A DNA stretch of 64,000 nucleotides. Origin: Gemmatimonadota bacterium. GTDB taxonomy: Bacteria; Gemmatimonadota; Gemmatimonadetes; Longimicrobiales; Gaopeijiaceae. The stretch is from NCBI GenBank assembly GCA_016873995.1, contig VGVR01000012.1:11622-75621 (forward strand), in the 5' to 3' direction. The position numbers and the translations under genes were made by a program. The notes under the pieces were generated by a model. The model had not been told where the DNA came from and did no database searches. It worked only from the letters and a program-made list of their open reading frames with translations. Each line of letters starts with the position of its first letter. Position 1 is the first letter of the stretch. Shown piece by piece: positions 21,229 to 29,638 of the stretch.

Positions 21229-22364
21229 CCGCTGTCCCTGAGGGTGATCGAGCAGTCGGCAACTATCTCGCCGTGCCGCCGGGCAGCCCGCGTGAATCTA
21301 AGAGTCAACGGACCGATGTCCAGGAAAGCATGTGGATAACCCTCTGCATCAAGCATTCGGATGTGGTCGAAGAGTTGGTCGAGCGTCTGAATGCCGGCAA
21401 TGCTGCTCTGCTCGGGCGTCCGACGCTTGAAGGCGACCGCCTCGCCCTGCTGTGGCTCACCGTCGGGATCCTCTCGGATGATGTCGTGGATCATGGTTTC
21501 AATCACGTCTGCGGCTCGAAGGTAAATCTCCTCCGCCGCCCCGTGGAGCGAGAGGGGCCGCTTGAGGAGCACGTCTCCCGCGTCCAACGTCGCATCCGCG
21601 AGGATGGCACTGACCTGCGTTTCGGAGATGCCCCTCGAGATGAGGTTTTGCAGGGGGCTACCTCCTCGCCCGAAGGGCAAATCGGTCATGTGGAACACTA
21701 CGCAATCGTGCTGGGAGTGGACACTGGCAGGGATGATCCATGACCAGTGGGGGAAGAAGACATATGTCGGTGGGGGCGTCCACAGCGACTCCGAGATTAA
21801 CTCATGAGGGGAGCGGATCAATACGAACGACCCACGGATCCGCGCCCCGAGACGCTCAACCATGCCCTCATACCACCTTCGTGATGCGGCGATGACGAAC
21901 CGTCGATCGTCCGTTGCCCAGGTGAATCGTCTCCTGGCACCGTGGGACCCATCCTCCCGAAAACCCGACCTCTCGAAGGACCTAATGGACGCGATGTTGT
22001 CGGGCTTTACCCAGCCCACCACACGCTTGATCTCGGGCCAACTCGCCGCAATCCTCCTGCATCCTGACTGAAGAAGGCGACACCCCAGCCCACCCCCGCG
22101 GTGAGCGGGATCTATACAGTAGTCCACCTCGGCTTCGTCGCCCGTGCGGTCGAAGCGAATCTGTCCCACGAGGACCCCTGCCCTTCCCGCGAGAAAGATT
22201 CGTGTGGATTGGGCGTCGTCCAGCCGAGCGCGCAACCACTCGAGGTGGCCGTCCCACTCGATCAAAGACGATCCAAACGCGTTGCGCCTCGTGCTGGGGT
22301 CGTTGGCCCAATCGAAGAGTACCTTGCGGTCCTCCCAGGCTGCGTTCCGCAAGCGAAGTCTCAT
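21225..22364 (-). CDS. Fusion protein: PseH-like GNAT N-acetyltransferase domain plus formyltransferase-like domain
   Basis: Start reset to ATG 22364 (MRLRLRNAAWEDRKVLFDWANDP...HLEWL, PseH-like). C-terminal half has FHMTDLPFGRGGSPLQNLI...LDAGDVLL, a formyl-transferase catalytic-core-like motif. The track N-extension runs into the IS630 end. Confidence 0.7.
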   Translation of the reverse strand: MRLRLRNAAWEDRKVLFDWANDPSTRRNAFGSSLIEWDGHLEWLRARLDDAQSTRIFLAGRAGVLVGQIRFDRTGDEAEVDYCIDPAHRGGGLGCRLLQSGCRRIAASWPEIKRVVGWVKPDNIASIRSFERSGFREDGSHGARRRFTWATDDRRFVIAASRRWYEGMVERLGARIRGSFVLIRSPHELISESLWTPPPTYVFFPHWSWIIPASVHSQHDCVVFHMTDLPFGRGGSPLQNLISRGISETQVSAILADATLDAGDVLLKRPLSLHGAAEEIYLRAADVIETMIHDIIREDPDGEPQQGEAVAFKRRTPEQSSIAGIQTLDQLFDHIRMLDAEGYPHAFLDIGPLTLRFTRAARRHGEIVADCSITLRDSG

Positions 22365-22386
22365 GATCTGCTGCGCCAGCCTCGTC

Positions 22387-23511
22387 CTAGTGGTGTGTCC
22401 CAGAAATTGAGTGACAAAGCCGCTGGATCTTCTGGAGGATCGAGTCGGCCGTAGCGGTCCAAGCGAAGGGTCGCGCGTTCGGATTGTAGCTGTCCGTGAA
22501 GGCACGGATCTTCGCCACGAGATCCGGTACGGACTTGAAAGAGCCGCGGCGAATCGCTTTCTGCGTGACGATGTTGAACCAGATCTCGACCTGATTCAGC
22601 CAGGACGAGTAGGTGGGCGTGAAGTGGAGATGATATCTCGGCCTGGCCGCGAGCCAGCGCTTGACCTTGGGGTGCTTGTGGGTGCTGTAGTTGTCGACCA
22701 CGAGATGGACGTCGAGCTCAGCGGGTACGCTTGCATCGATATGCTTGAGGAAGGCCAAGAACTCCTGATGGCGGTGCCTGGGTCTGCACTGGGTGAGAAC
22801 CTGACCGGATGCGACATCGAGCGCAGCGAAGAGCGTCGTGGTGCCGTGCCGGACGTAATCGTGGGTTACGCCTTGGACGTAACCGAGGCCGAGGGGAAGC
22901 AGGGGCTGGGTGCGTTCGAGAGCTTGGGTCTGGCTCTTGTCATCGACACAGAGAACCAGAGCATGATCGGGCGGGTTGAGGTAGAGCCCGACGACGTCGT
23001 GCACTTTCTCGACGAAGAACGGATCGGTAGAAAGCTTGAAGTTCTTCTGTCGATGAGGCTGGAGGCCGAACGCCGACCAGGCGCGCTGTACCGTCGACTT
23101 GGACAAGCCGGTGACTTCGGCCATGGAGCGGCAGCTCCACTGCGTGCTGCCGTCGGCCGGCTTAGTCTCGAGGGTCGTGCGCAGCAGAGCCATGATTTCG
23201 TCGTCTTCGATGCTGCGTGGTTTTCCGGGCCTTCGCTCGTCGTACAGACCCATCAGCCCTTGAGAAAGAAAACGAGCGCGCCACTTTCCGACTGTCTGAC
23301 GACTGGTTCCAAGCTCCTCGGCCACTTCTTTGTTGTCCACGCCGTCCGCGCACCGCAGAATGATGTGAGCCCGCTGAACCAAACCGGCAGGCAGCGTCTG
23401 CGAACGTGCGAGCGACTCCAACTCTTCCCGAGCACTGCCGTCCAACGCAAACGGCCGCAACGCGCGTCCGCGGGGCATGGCCTTTCTCCCATCAAAGGGG
23501 ATGAGAGCCAA
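22387..23511 (-). CDS. IS630-family DDE transposase
   Basis: 374 aa with an N-terminal HTH (QRAHIILRCADGVDNKEVAEELG). DDE region LCVDDKS...HLVVDNYSTHKH...TPTYSSWLNQVEIWF. The last sense codon is the terminal 3 nt of the IR. The TAG stop is built from the flanking TA plus the next base. An alternative start is ATG 23478. Confidence 0.9.
   Translation of the reverse strand: MALIPFDGRKAMPRGRALRPFALDGSAREELESLARSQTLPAGLVQRAHIILRCADGVDNKEVAEELGTSRQTVGKWRARFLSQGLMGLYDERRPGKPRSIEDDEIMALLRTTLETKPADGSTQWSCRSMAEVTGLSKSTVQRAWSAFGLQPHRQKNFKLSTDPFFVEKVHDVVGLYLNPPDHALVLCVDDKSQTQALERTQPLLPLGLGYVQGVTHDYVRHGTTTLFAALDVASGQVLTQCRPRHRHQEFLAFLKHIDASVPAELDVHLVVDNYSTHKHPKVKRWLAARPRYHLHFTPTYSSWLNQVEIWFNIVTQKAIRRGSFKSVPDLVAKIRAFTDSYNPNARPFAWTATADSILQKIQRLCHSISGTHH
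22390..22407. repeat. IS630 terminal inverted repeat (transposase 3' side)
   Basis: GTGGTGTGTCCCAGAAAT versus the reverse complement of 23542-23559, GTGTTGTGTCCCAGAAAT (17/18 identical). Confidence 0.85.
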
Positions 23512-23541
23512 GCTACACGCGGCTTCGCTTCAAGACAACAT

Positions 23542-23559
23542 ATTTCTGGGACACAACAC
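23542..23559. repeat. IS630 terminal inverted repeat (transposase 5' side)
   Basis: ATTTCTGGGACACAACAC followed by TA (23560-23561). Confidence 0.85.
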
Positions 23560-23590
23560 TAGGTAGTCGCAACCGCGTGACAATGCGTTC

Positions 23591-23601
23591 GGGGGGGGGG
23601 G
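23591..23601. repeat. Homopolymer G11 in the intergenic DNA between the pseI stop and the IS630 end
   Basis: Direct read: gttc-ggggggggggg-caag. This is the longest mononucleotide run I saw in the window. Confidence 0.95.
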
Positions 23602-23631
23602 CAAGTGGGTCCACGATGCTGCGTGCTCGTC

Positions 23632-24702
23632 TCAGGCGTCGCTGCTTCCCAGCAGTTCCCAAGTCAGCGCAGTGCCACGTCGAACCGCCTGCCGCACCGG
23701 CCTCCCCAATACCAGCTCGAGGTACTTCGGTGCCAGTCCAAAACCGGGCCTGATCGAGCGAACGTTGTCCGTAGTCAGCGTGTCTCCAGCCTGTAGGTCG
23801 GCTACGACGTACAACGAACGCCGGAATATGGACGTCTCCTTTTCCTCGATCCCCGGCCCGAAGATCACGCTCCCCACCATCGCCTCGGCCCTCCGAACGC
23901 TAGCCACCATGCTGCGAAATTCCTCGGGTTCGACCGAGAAGTGACTGTCCACACCGCCATCTGCCCGACTCAGAGTGAAGTGTTTTTCAATAAGACACGC
24001 ACCCAACGACACCGCGACCACGGGAGCGATGATCCCTCGACTGTGGTCGGAGAGGCCGACCGGACACTCCATGGCGTCCTGCAGCATCGCCATCGTGCGC
24101 AGGTTCATCTCGATGTCGGGTGCGGGATAGGCGCTGGTACATCTGAGTAGGGCAAGCTCATTCACTCCACCCCGCCGAAGCGTCGCGACGGCATGGGCGA
24201 CTTCATCCTTGCTGGCCATTCCAGTGGACATGATGATCGGCTTCCCCGTTGCAGCCACTCGGGCGAGGAGAGCATCGTCGATGAGCTCGAACGACGCGAT
24301 CTTGTACGCCGGAGCGTCGAGTCCCTCGAGGAAGTCCACGGCGGTGCTGTCGAAAGGCGTGCTGAAGACCTGGATGCCTGCCTTCCGACCCTCCTCGAAC
24401 AGAGCGGGATGCCACTCCCACGGAGTGTGTGCCTCCTCGTAGAGATCGTACAGCAAGCGACCACCCCAAGGGCCGCTGCCCGGCACCCGGAACTCGGGCT
24501 GATCGATGTCGAGCGTCATCGTATCGGCCGTATATGTCTGTAGCTTCACCGCGTCCGCTCCCGCCTCTGCTGCGGCGCGGATCGTCGCCAGCGCTCGATC
24601 GAGATCGCCGTTGTGATTTCCCGACATCTCTGCGATCAAGTAGCAGGGATGACCGTTTCCAATCCGGCGGGTCCCGATCGCGATGGAGTCACGCACGCGC
24701 AT
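23632..24702 (-). CDS. pseI: Pseudaminic acid synthase (NeuB family)
   Basis: Start reset to MRVRDSIAIGTRRIGNGHPCYLIAEMSGNHNGDL (ATG 24702). NeuB core KLQTY, and a C-terminal SAF domain FRRSLYVVADLQAGDTLT. Neighbour of pseG. Confidence 0.88.
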   Translation of the reverse strand: MRVRDSIAIGTRRIGNGHPCYLIAEMSGNHNGDLDRALATIRAAAEAGADAVKLQTYTADTMTLDIDQPEFRVPGSGPWGGRLLYDLYEEAHTPWEWHPALFEEGRKAGIQVFSTPFDSTAVDFLEGLDAPAYKIASFELIDDALLARVAATGKPIIMSTGMASKDEVAHAVATLRRGGVNELALLRCTSAYPAPDIEMNLRTMAMLQDAMECPVGLSDHSRGIIAPVVAVSLGACLIEKHFTLSRADGGVDSHFSVEPEEFRSMVASVRRAEAMVGSVIFGPGIEEKETSIFRRSLYVVADLQAGDTLTTDNVRSIRPGFGLAPKYLELVLGRPVRQAVRRGTALTWELLGSSDA

Positions 24703-24731
24703 CTCGCCTTTCCTCGATCTCAATGGATTGA

Positions 24732-25844
24732 CTAGCCCCCTCCATCGCGCCCCCCGGGTGCCAGCAGAACCTCCGCGACCCGGTCCGCCCCCCTCCCATC
24801 CACTAGCTCGGACGCGGCCTTCGCAGCCCTCCGAAGACCCGACACATTGGAGAACCAGGGTCCGAGACGGTCTCGAATCGAGTTCGCCGATTCGCGGGTG
24901 AGCCAGCCAAGGTTCACACCGAGCCGATGGCTCTCGATGCTCGCCGCCACGCGAACCTGGTTCAGCGCAATGCTCCCGACCGCCATCGGCAAGGCGAGCC
25001 GGCAGCACTCCCAACAGGTACTTCCCCCAGCCGTAACACAACGATCCGCCCACAACATGTGCTCGACCATGTTGTCCACGCTGCGCAGAACCTCGATGCG
25101 GGTTGTCGACTGCGAAGCCGCGCGCTCGATCGAACCATCATCCTGAAAGGCAGGCCCCGCAATGACTCTAGTTTCGGAGCCCTCCAACCGCATCCCTGCA
25201 ATCGCTTCGATCACCTTGGGGGTACACCCCTCCGGGTCCGCGCCGCCCATCGTGATGAGAATATGAGGATGACGATTCGACGCCCTGTTTGCGTCGATCT
25301 GGAGGCCTCCGCCAAATTCCTTCCGCAACAGGGCATACGTCGGCCCGAGAAGCAGCCGCGTACGCGTGTTTTCGGCGTACCGCGTTTCGAGGGCATGGAG
25401 ATTCTGGTTCAGAACTACGTCGCACTCATACGGGCCGCCACCCAGGTCGTCGATATAGAGGATGCGCCTTCCTTCCGTGCGAATGGCAGCGAGGTACGCC
25501 GGGTCGAAGTCGTAGCCGTCGACGACGATCCACTCAGCGTCGTGCAAGCGGGCTGCCGCAATCGTCAGCGCGCTATCGTCAGAAGCCGCTGCGTGCGCGA
25601 GCGGCACGACGCCGAAGCCCTCCGAGCGCAGCCTCTGGAGCAGCCCGGCGTCCGCGGTGCGAGTGACGAACAGCGGAGTCGCATCTCTGCGCTTCAACGC
25701 CTGGGCGAGGGCGATGCATCGCATGAGGTGCCCTGCTCCGATAGCAGCCGACGCGTCGACGCGAATGATCACGCTCACCGGCTGGACCCAGTCGTCATGC
25801 AATGGCGGCACGTTCCGCGTCGAAGCGCACGGCGCTCCGCCCAT
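24732..25844 (-). CDS. pseG: UDP-2,4-diacetamido-2,4,6-trideoxy-beta-L-altropyranose hydrolase (PseG-like)
   Basis: 370 aa. VIIRVDASAAIGAGHLMRCIALAQAL is the PseG N-terminal signature; GT-B-like fold (GT28 C-terminal-like). The true start may be an internal GTG. Confidence 0.8.
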   Translation of the reverse strand: MGGAPCASTRNVPPLHDDWVQPVSVIIRVDASAAIGAGHLMRCIALAQALKRRDATPLFVTRTADAGLLQRLRSEGFGVVPLAHAAASDDSALTIAAARLHDAEWIVVDGYDFDPAYLAAIRTEGRRILYIDDLGGGPYECDVVLNQNLHALETRYAENTRTRLLLGPTYALLRKEFGGGLQIDANRASNRHPHILITMGGADPEGCTPKVIEAIAGMRLEGSETRVIAGPAFQDDGSIERAASQSTTRIEVLRSVDNMVEHMLWADRCVTAGGSTCWECCRLALPMAVGSIALNQVRVAASIESHRLGVNLGWLTRESANSIRDRLGPWFSNVSGLRRAAKAASELVDGRGADRVAEVLLAPGGRDGGG

Positions 25845-25847
25845 GCG

Positions 25848-26987
25848 TCAGACGGCAAACCTGGCACGGCTGCGCGTCGCATGCCGCGCGATCAAATCGT
25901 CCAGGGCCGCCCGCACCCTCTCGATGAATCGTGGGACGTCGAATCGCTCCGCATGCCTACGGATGAATGCTGGGTCAAAGGTCATCGTGCGTGATCGCTC
26001 GACGGCATCTATGAGAGACTCCGTTGTCTGCTCGTCGAAGAGGAGCGTGGTACATGCCCGGCTATCGCCCGAAAACGGGACCGAGGTGTCGAGTATCCCT
26101 CCGCGACCGTAGGCGATGACCGGAGTGCCTGACGCACTCGCCTCCAGCGGCGTGAGGCCATAGTCCTCATGTTGCGGGAAGATAAGGGCTTTGCACTCTG
26201 CATAGAGCCGCGACAGCTCATCGTCATCAACACGGCCGAGAAAGGTGATGTTGCTGCGCGCGAGGCGCCTCAACTGCCTCTCTTGGGTCCCCCTTCCTGC
26301 AATTCGAAGTGGTAGTCCCATCGTGTTGAAAGCCTTCACGACCAAGTCGACCTGCTTGTAGGGTTCGAGACGAGACACGACAAGGTAGTAGTCCTTCTTC
26401 GTGTTGGAGGATTGGAAATTCCTGCAATCGACCGGAGGACTGATCACGTGAGAGACGTCACGCGAGTAGGATCGTCGAATCCGCTCTGCCGTCCCCTGGG
26501 TCATCGCCCAAAACGCGTCCGGCCGCTGAGCCGACTCATAGTCGAGCTTGCGGAGGGCAGTCAGCACCGGGGCGAAGAGCCTCGTAGCCGCTCCGCCAAG
26601 CTTCCCCCGAACATACGAGTCGGGATTCCACAAGAGTCGAAACGGAGTGTAGCAGTACGACACGACCAGCGCGTCTTCGCGGACTTTCGCGTACTTCGCA
26701 CCGTGGGTAGTCGACTGCAAGACGACGTCGTAATGGGTGAGGTCGATCGACCTCGCAGCCATCACTCCCAACGGGAAGTACAGCGCCTTATAGAGAGTGT
26801 CGGACCTTGCTGCAGTGTGATACCAGCTGGAAGTGATGTCGAGATGCCTGAAGGCGGGATACGATGCGTGAGGCAGATAGCAAGTCGTGAAGATCGGAGC
26901 CCCGGGAAAGGCCTCGGCGAGGTGAAGCAGCACCCGTTCCGCACCGCCGCGACTCACGATCATGTCATGGACGATGGCCAGGTTCAC
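25848..26987 (-). CDS. Glycosyltransferase family 4 (GT-B)
   Basis: 379 aa. VSRLEPYKQVD...FPQHEDYGLTPLEASASGTPVIA has the E-x7-E motif. Confidence 0.8.
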   Translation of the reverse strand: MNLAIVHDMIVSRGGAERVLLHLAEAFPGAPIFTTCYLPHASYPAFRHLDITSSWYHTAARSDTLYKALYFPLGVMAARSIDLTHYDVVLQSTTHGAKYAKVREDALVVSYCYTPFRLLWNPDSYVRGKLGGAATRLFAPVLTALRKLDYESAQRPDAFWAMTQGTAERIRRSYSRDVSHVISPPVDCRNFQSSNTKKDYYLVVSRLEPYKQVDLVVKAFNTMGLPLRIAGRGTQERQLRRLARSNITFLGRVDDDELSRLYAECKALIFPQHEDYGLTPLEASASGTPVIAYGRGGILDTSVPFSGDSRACTTLLFDEQTTESLIDAVERSRTMTFDPAFIRRHAERFDVPRFIERVRAALDDLIARHATRSRARFAV

Positions 26988-27958
26988 GGGCGCCCTTCCA
27001 GCGCCAGGTCCGCGTCCACCATCTCAGCGACCAAATCCTCGAACGAGATGGAATTCTCCCAGCCGAGCACTCGCCTCGCCTTCGTGGGGTCACCCTGAAG
27101 GGTCGACACTTCGGCGGGCCTGAAGTACATGGGATCCACCTTGACGTACTCCCGATAGTCCAGGTCGAGGTGACGGAACGCAGCCTCGCAGAACTCCCTG
27201 ACCGAATGCGACGTGTTGGTCGCAATGACGAAATCATCCGGCGCGTCCAACTGAAGCATGCGCCACATTGCATCCACGTACTCCCGTGCATGCCCCCAGT
27301 CCCGCCTGGCATCGAGATTCCCAAGCCTCAGTTCTCGCGACTCTCCTCGACTGATCTTGACCGCATTGGACGTGATCTTCCGCGTAACGAACTCGTGCGG
27401 GCGCCTCGGCGACTCGTGATTGAACAACATGCCGCTACAGGCGAACAGGCGGTGTCGCTCACGGTAGTTCCGAACCAAATGGAATGCGGCCACCTTGGAG
27501 ATTCCGTACGCCGAGGTCGGATGAAACGGCGTCCGCTCAGTCTGAGGTGATGTCTCCGCAGCTCCGAACATCTCACTCGAGCCCGCGAAGTACAGTCGAC
27601 AGCTCGGCGCCACATCCTTGAGGGCCGCAAGCACGTAGTGCGTGCCATTGATGTTCGCATTCAGCGTCGAGAACTCGTCTTCCATCGAGTATCCCACGAA
27701 GCTCTGCGCCGCCAAGTGGTAGCACTCGTCGGGAACGACGTCCCTGATCACGTTGAACAAACTCGGATAGCTGTCCAGTGACGTCGAGTGCAGGACCAGT
27801 CGATCCAGGAACGGGCGGATGCGATGCATTCTGTGGTCGGGGGCTTCGAGCGAAACCCTGCGTACGGTGCCGTGGACTTCGTAGCCCTTGCCGAGCAGCA
27901 ACTCCGCCAAATAAGAGCCGTCCTGCCCCGTGATGCCCGTGATCAGTGCCTTCTTCAT
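26984..27958 (-). CDS. gmd: GDP-mannose 4,6-dehydratase paralogue (short form)
   Basis: Start reset to [22 protein letters not shown] (ATG 27958). YGISK and [10 protein letters not shown] motifs. Clearly divergent from the copy at 11210-12256. Confidence 0.85.
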   Translation of the reverse strand: MKKALITGITGQDGSYLAELLLGKGYEVHGTVRRVSLEAPDHRMHRIRPFLDRLVLHSTSLDSYPSLFNVIRDVVPDECYHLAAQSFVGYSMEDEFSTLNANINGTHYVLAALKDVAPSCRLYFAGSSEMFGAAETSPQTERTPFHPTSAYGISKVAAFHLVRNYRERHRLFACSGMLFNHESPRRPHEFVTRKITSNAVKISRGESRELRLGNLDARRDWGHAREYVDAMWRMLQLDAPDDFVIATNTSHSVREFCEAAFRHLDLDYREYVKVDPMYFRPAEVSTLQGDPTKARRVLGWENSISFEDLVAEMVDADLALEGRP

Positions 27959-28381
27959 TTCACTAGCGGTTGCCCAGTGGAAGCAATGTTGGGCAGCGAG
28001 AACGACAATGAGCGGCCTAGTGCATCGCCCCACCCATCGGAGAAGCCCGTCCCAGGTTGCCCGCCTTCGACGACAAACTCTCGCCTCGAACGAAGTGACG
28101 GAACAATACCGCCCGGTCCAACCCAGGGCGAGGGCGACCGGACCGCCGCGCCCTCCGCAAGTCTATGCCTGCGTTCGTCCTCCGACAGATCACCGTCCAT
28201 TGCCTTGCCTGCGGCGGCACGTCTAAGTACCCTCCCCACGCGCAGTCCGGGGGCGCCCCCTCGCACACCGTTCGGGGGCGGGGCGGCCCCTGCTCTGGTC
28301 GGCTTCCGGCGAGTCCAAGCAGCCCGCGCCAGCAGGCCGCTTGGACCACGTTGGTCACCTGCATCATGGAGAAGGCTGGAA

Positions 28382-29638
28382 ATGACGCGTCGAAGCAAGG
28401 CCGAACAATTCGAGCCCCTCCCGATCCTGAGCGAGCGGGCAGCCGCTGGGGGCAAGAAGGACATCAAGCGTTGCACCCGGTGTCTCATGGTCGAGACCAA
28501 CGAAACGATGACGTTCGACGAGCACGGCGTGTGCAACATATGCCAGTCCTTCGCCGATCGGGACGGCTGGAACCCCGTGGCGCGCGAAGACGAATTCCGA
28601 GAGATCATCGAGCAGTATCGGGGAAAATTCATGTACGATGCTGTTGTTCCCTTCAGCGGTGGAAAAGACAGCGCTTGGGTGGCATACGTCCTTGCCCGCA
28701 AGTACAAGCTCAAGCTCCTGCTAGCGACCTACGATTCGAACTTCCGACGTCCAGGCCACTTGCAGAACATCGATCGCCTGGTGCGCGCCCTGAACGTCGA
28801 TCACGTCACGTTCCGCTCGCGGCAGGACATCATTATCAAGACCATGCTGGAGGCGAACAAGCGCAAGGGCGACTTCTGTTGGTTCTGTCACACCGGGGTA
28901 TGCGCCTTCCCCATGAAGGCGGCCATGCAGTACAAGACCCCCCTCATTGTTTGGGGCGAGCCCAACAGTGAATACGCGGTATACACTCGCTATCAAGCAT
29001 CCCCACGCCGGCTCGGTGCCGAACCCGAGGGCAACGAACGCGCCTTCAATCGCATGATGAACCTCGGCATCAACGCCGAGGACATGGTCGGATACCTGGA
29101 GGGAGTCGACCCCCGAGATCTCGAGCCCTATCGATTCCCGCGTTACGAGGAGTTGCAGGAGCTCCGAGACATGGGCCTGCGAAACGTGTGCTTGGGCGAC
29201 TATCAGCCCTGGGATCCGATCCGACAGATCGCGACATTGCAGGCAGAGATCGGCTGGGAGACAGCCGAGGTGGAGGGTCTTCATCCGATGTACGCCGGCG
29301 AGAAGGTCGAGTGCTTCCTGCAGGGCGCTCGCGACTATCTCCGCTTCATCAAGCGAGGCTACAGTCGCACCAATCAGCGCGCAAACGCGGAGATCCGCCG
29401 GGGAGTGCTCACGAGGGACGAGGGCTTGGAGCAAGAGAAGTACGACAAGCGCAAGCCGGCGAGCCTTCCTCTAGTTCTGAACTACATGGGACTCTCGGAA
29501 GAGGAATTCCACGCGATCGCGGCGTCGCATTCAATCGCGCCGTGGGTCTTCGACCCGTCGGATGTCGAAGACGGCAAGCCGTTGCCAGATCACGAACATT
29601 GGGAGGACGTGTTGCGCCGTGACGACCCGACCGATTGA
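28382..29638 (+). CDS. N-acetyl sugar amidotransferase (WbpG/LfnA-like PP-loop ATPase), copy 1
   Basis: Start reset to ATG 28382 after GGAGAAGG. CxxC...CxxC zinc ribbon (CTRCLM...CNICQ) and the PP-loop SGGKDS. Followed by HisH/HisF-like genes. Confidence 0.8.
   Translation: MTRRSKAEQFEPLPILSERAAAGGKKDIKRCTRCLMVETNETMTFDEHGVCNICQSFADRDGWNPVAREDEFREIIEQYRGKFMYDAVVPFSGGKDSAWVAYVLARKYKLKLLLATYDSNFRRPGHLQNIDRLVRALNVDHVTFRSRQDIIIKTMLEANKRKGDFCWFCHTGVCAFPMKAAMQYKTPLIVWGEPNSEYAVYTRYQASPRRLGAEPEGNERAFNRMMNLGINAEDMVGYLEGVDPRDLEPYRFPRYEELQELRDMGLRNVCLGDYQPWDPIRQIATLQAEIGWETAEVEGLHPMYAGEKVECFLQGARDYLRFIKRGYSRTNQRANAEIRRGVLTRDEGLEQEKYDKRKPASLPLVLNYMGLSEEEFHAIAASHSIAPWVFDPSDVEDGKPLPDHEHWEDVLRRDDPTD

Larger units (their letters stand above)
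22390..23559 (-). mobile_element. IS630-family insertion sequence (1170 bp), apparently intact, flanked by a TA/TA duplication
   Basis: 18-bp terminal inverted repeats with 1 mismatch. TA at 22388-22389 and 23560-23561. A single DDE transposase ORF fills the element. Confidence 0.85.

Noticed and set aside
22411-25994. Plus-strand ORFs 22411-23562 (383 aa) and 24927-25994 (355 aa)
   Set aside because: They are antisense to the IS630 transposase and to pseG/pseI respectively. The composition is biased, and the real genes on the other strand carry clear motifs.
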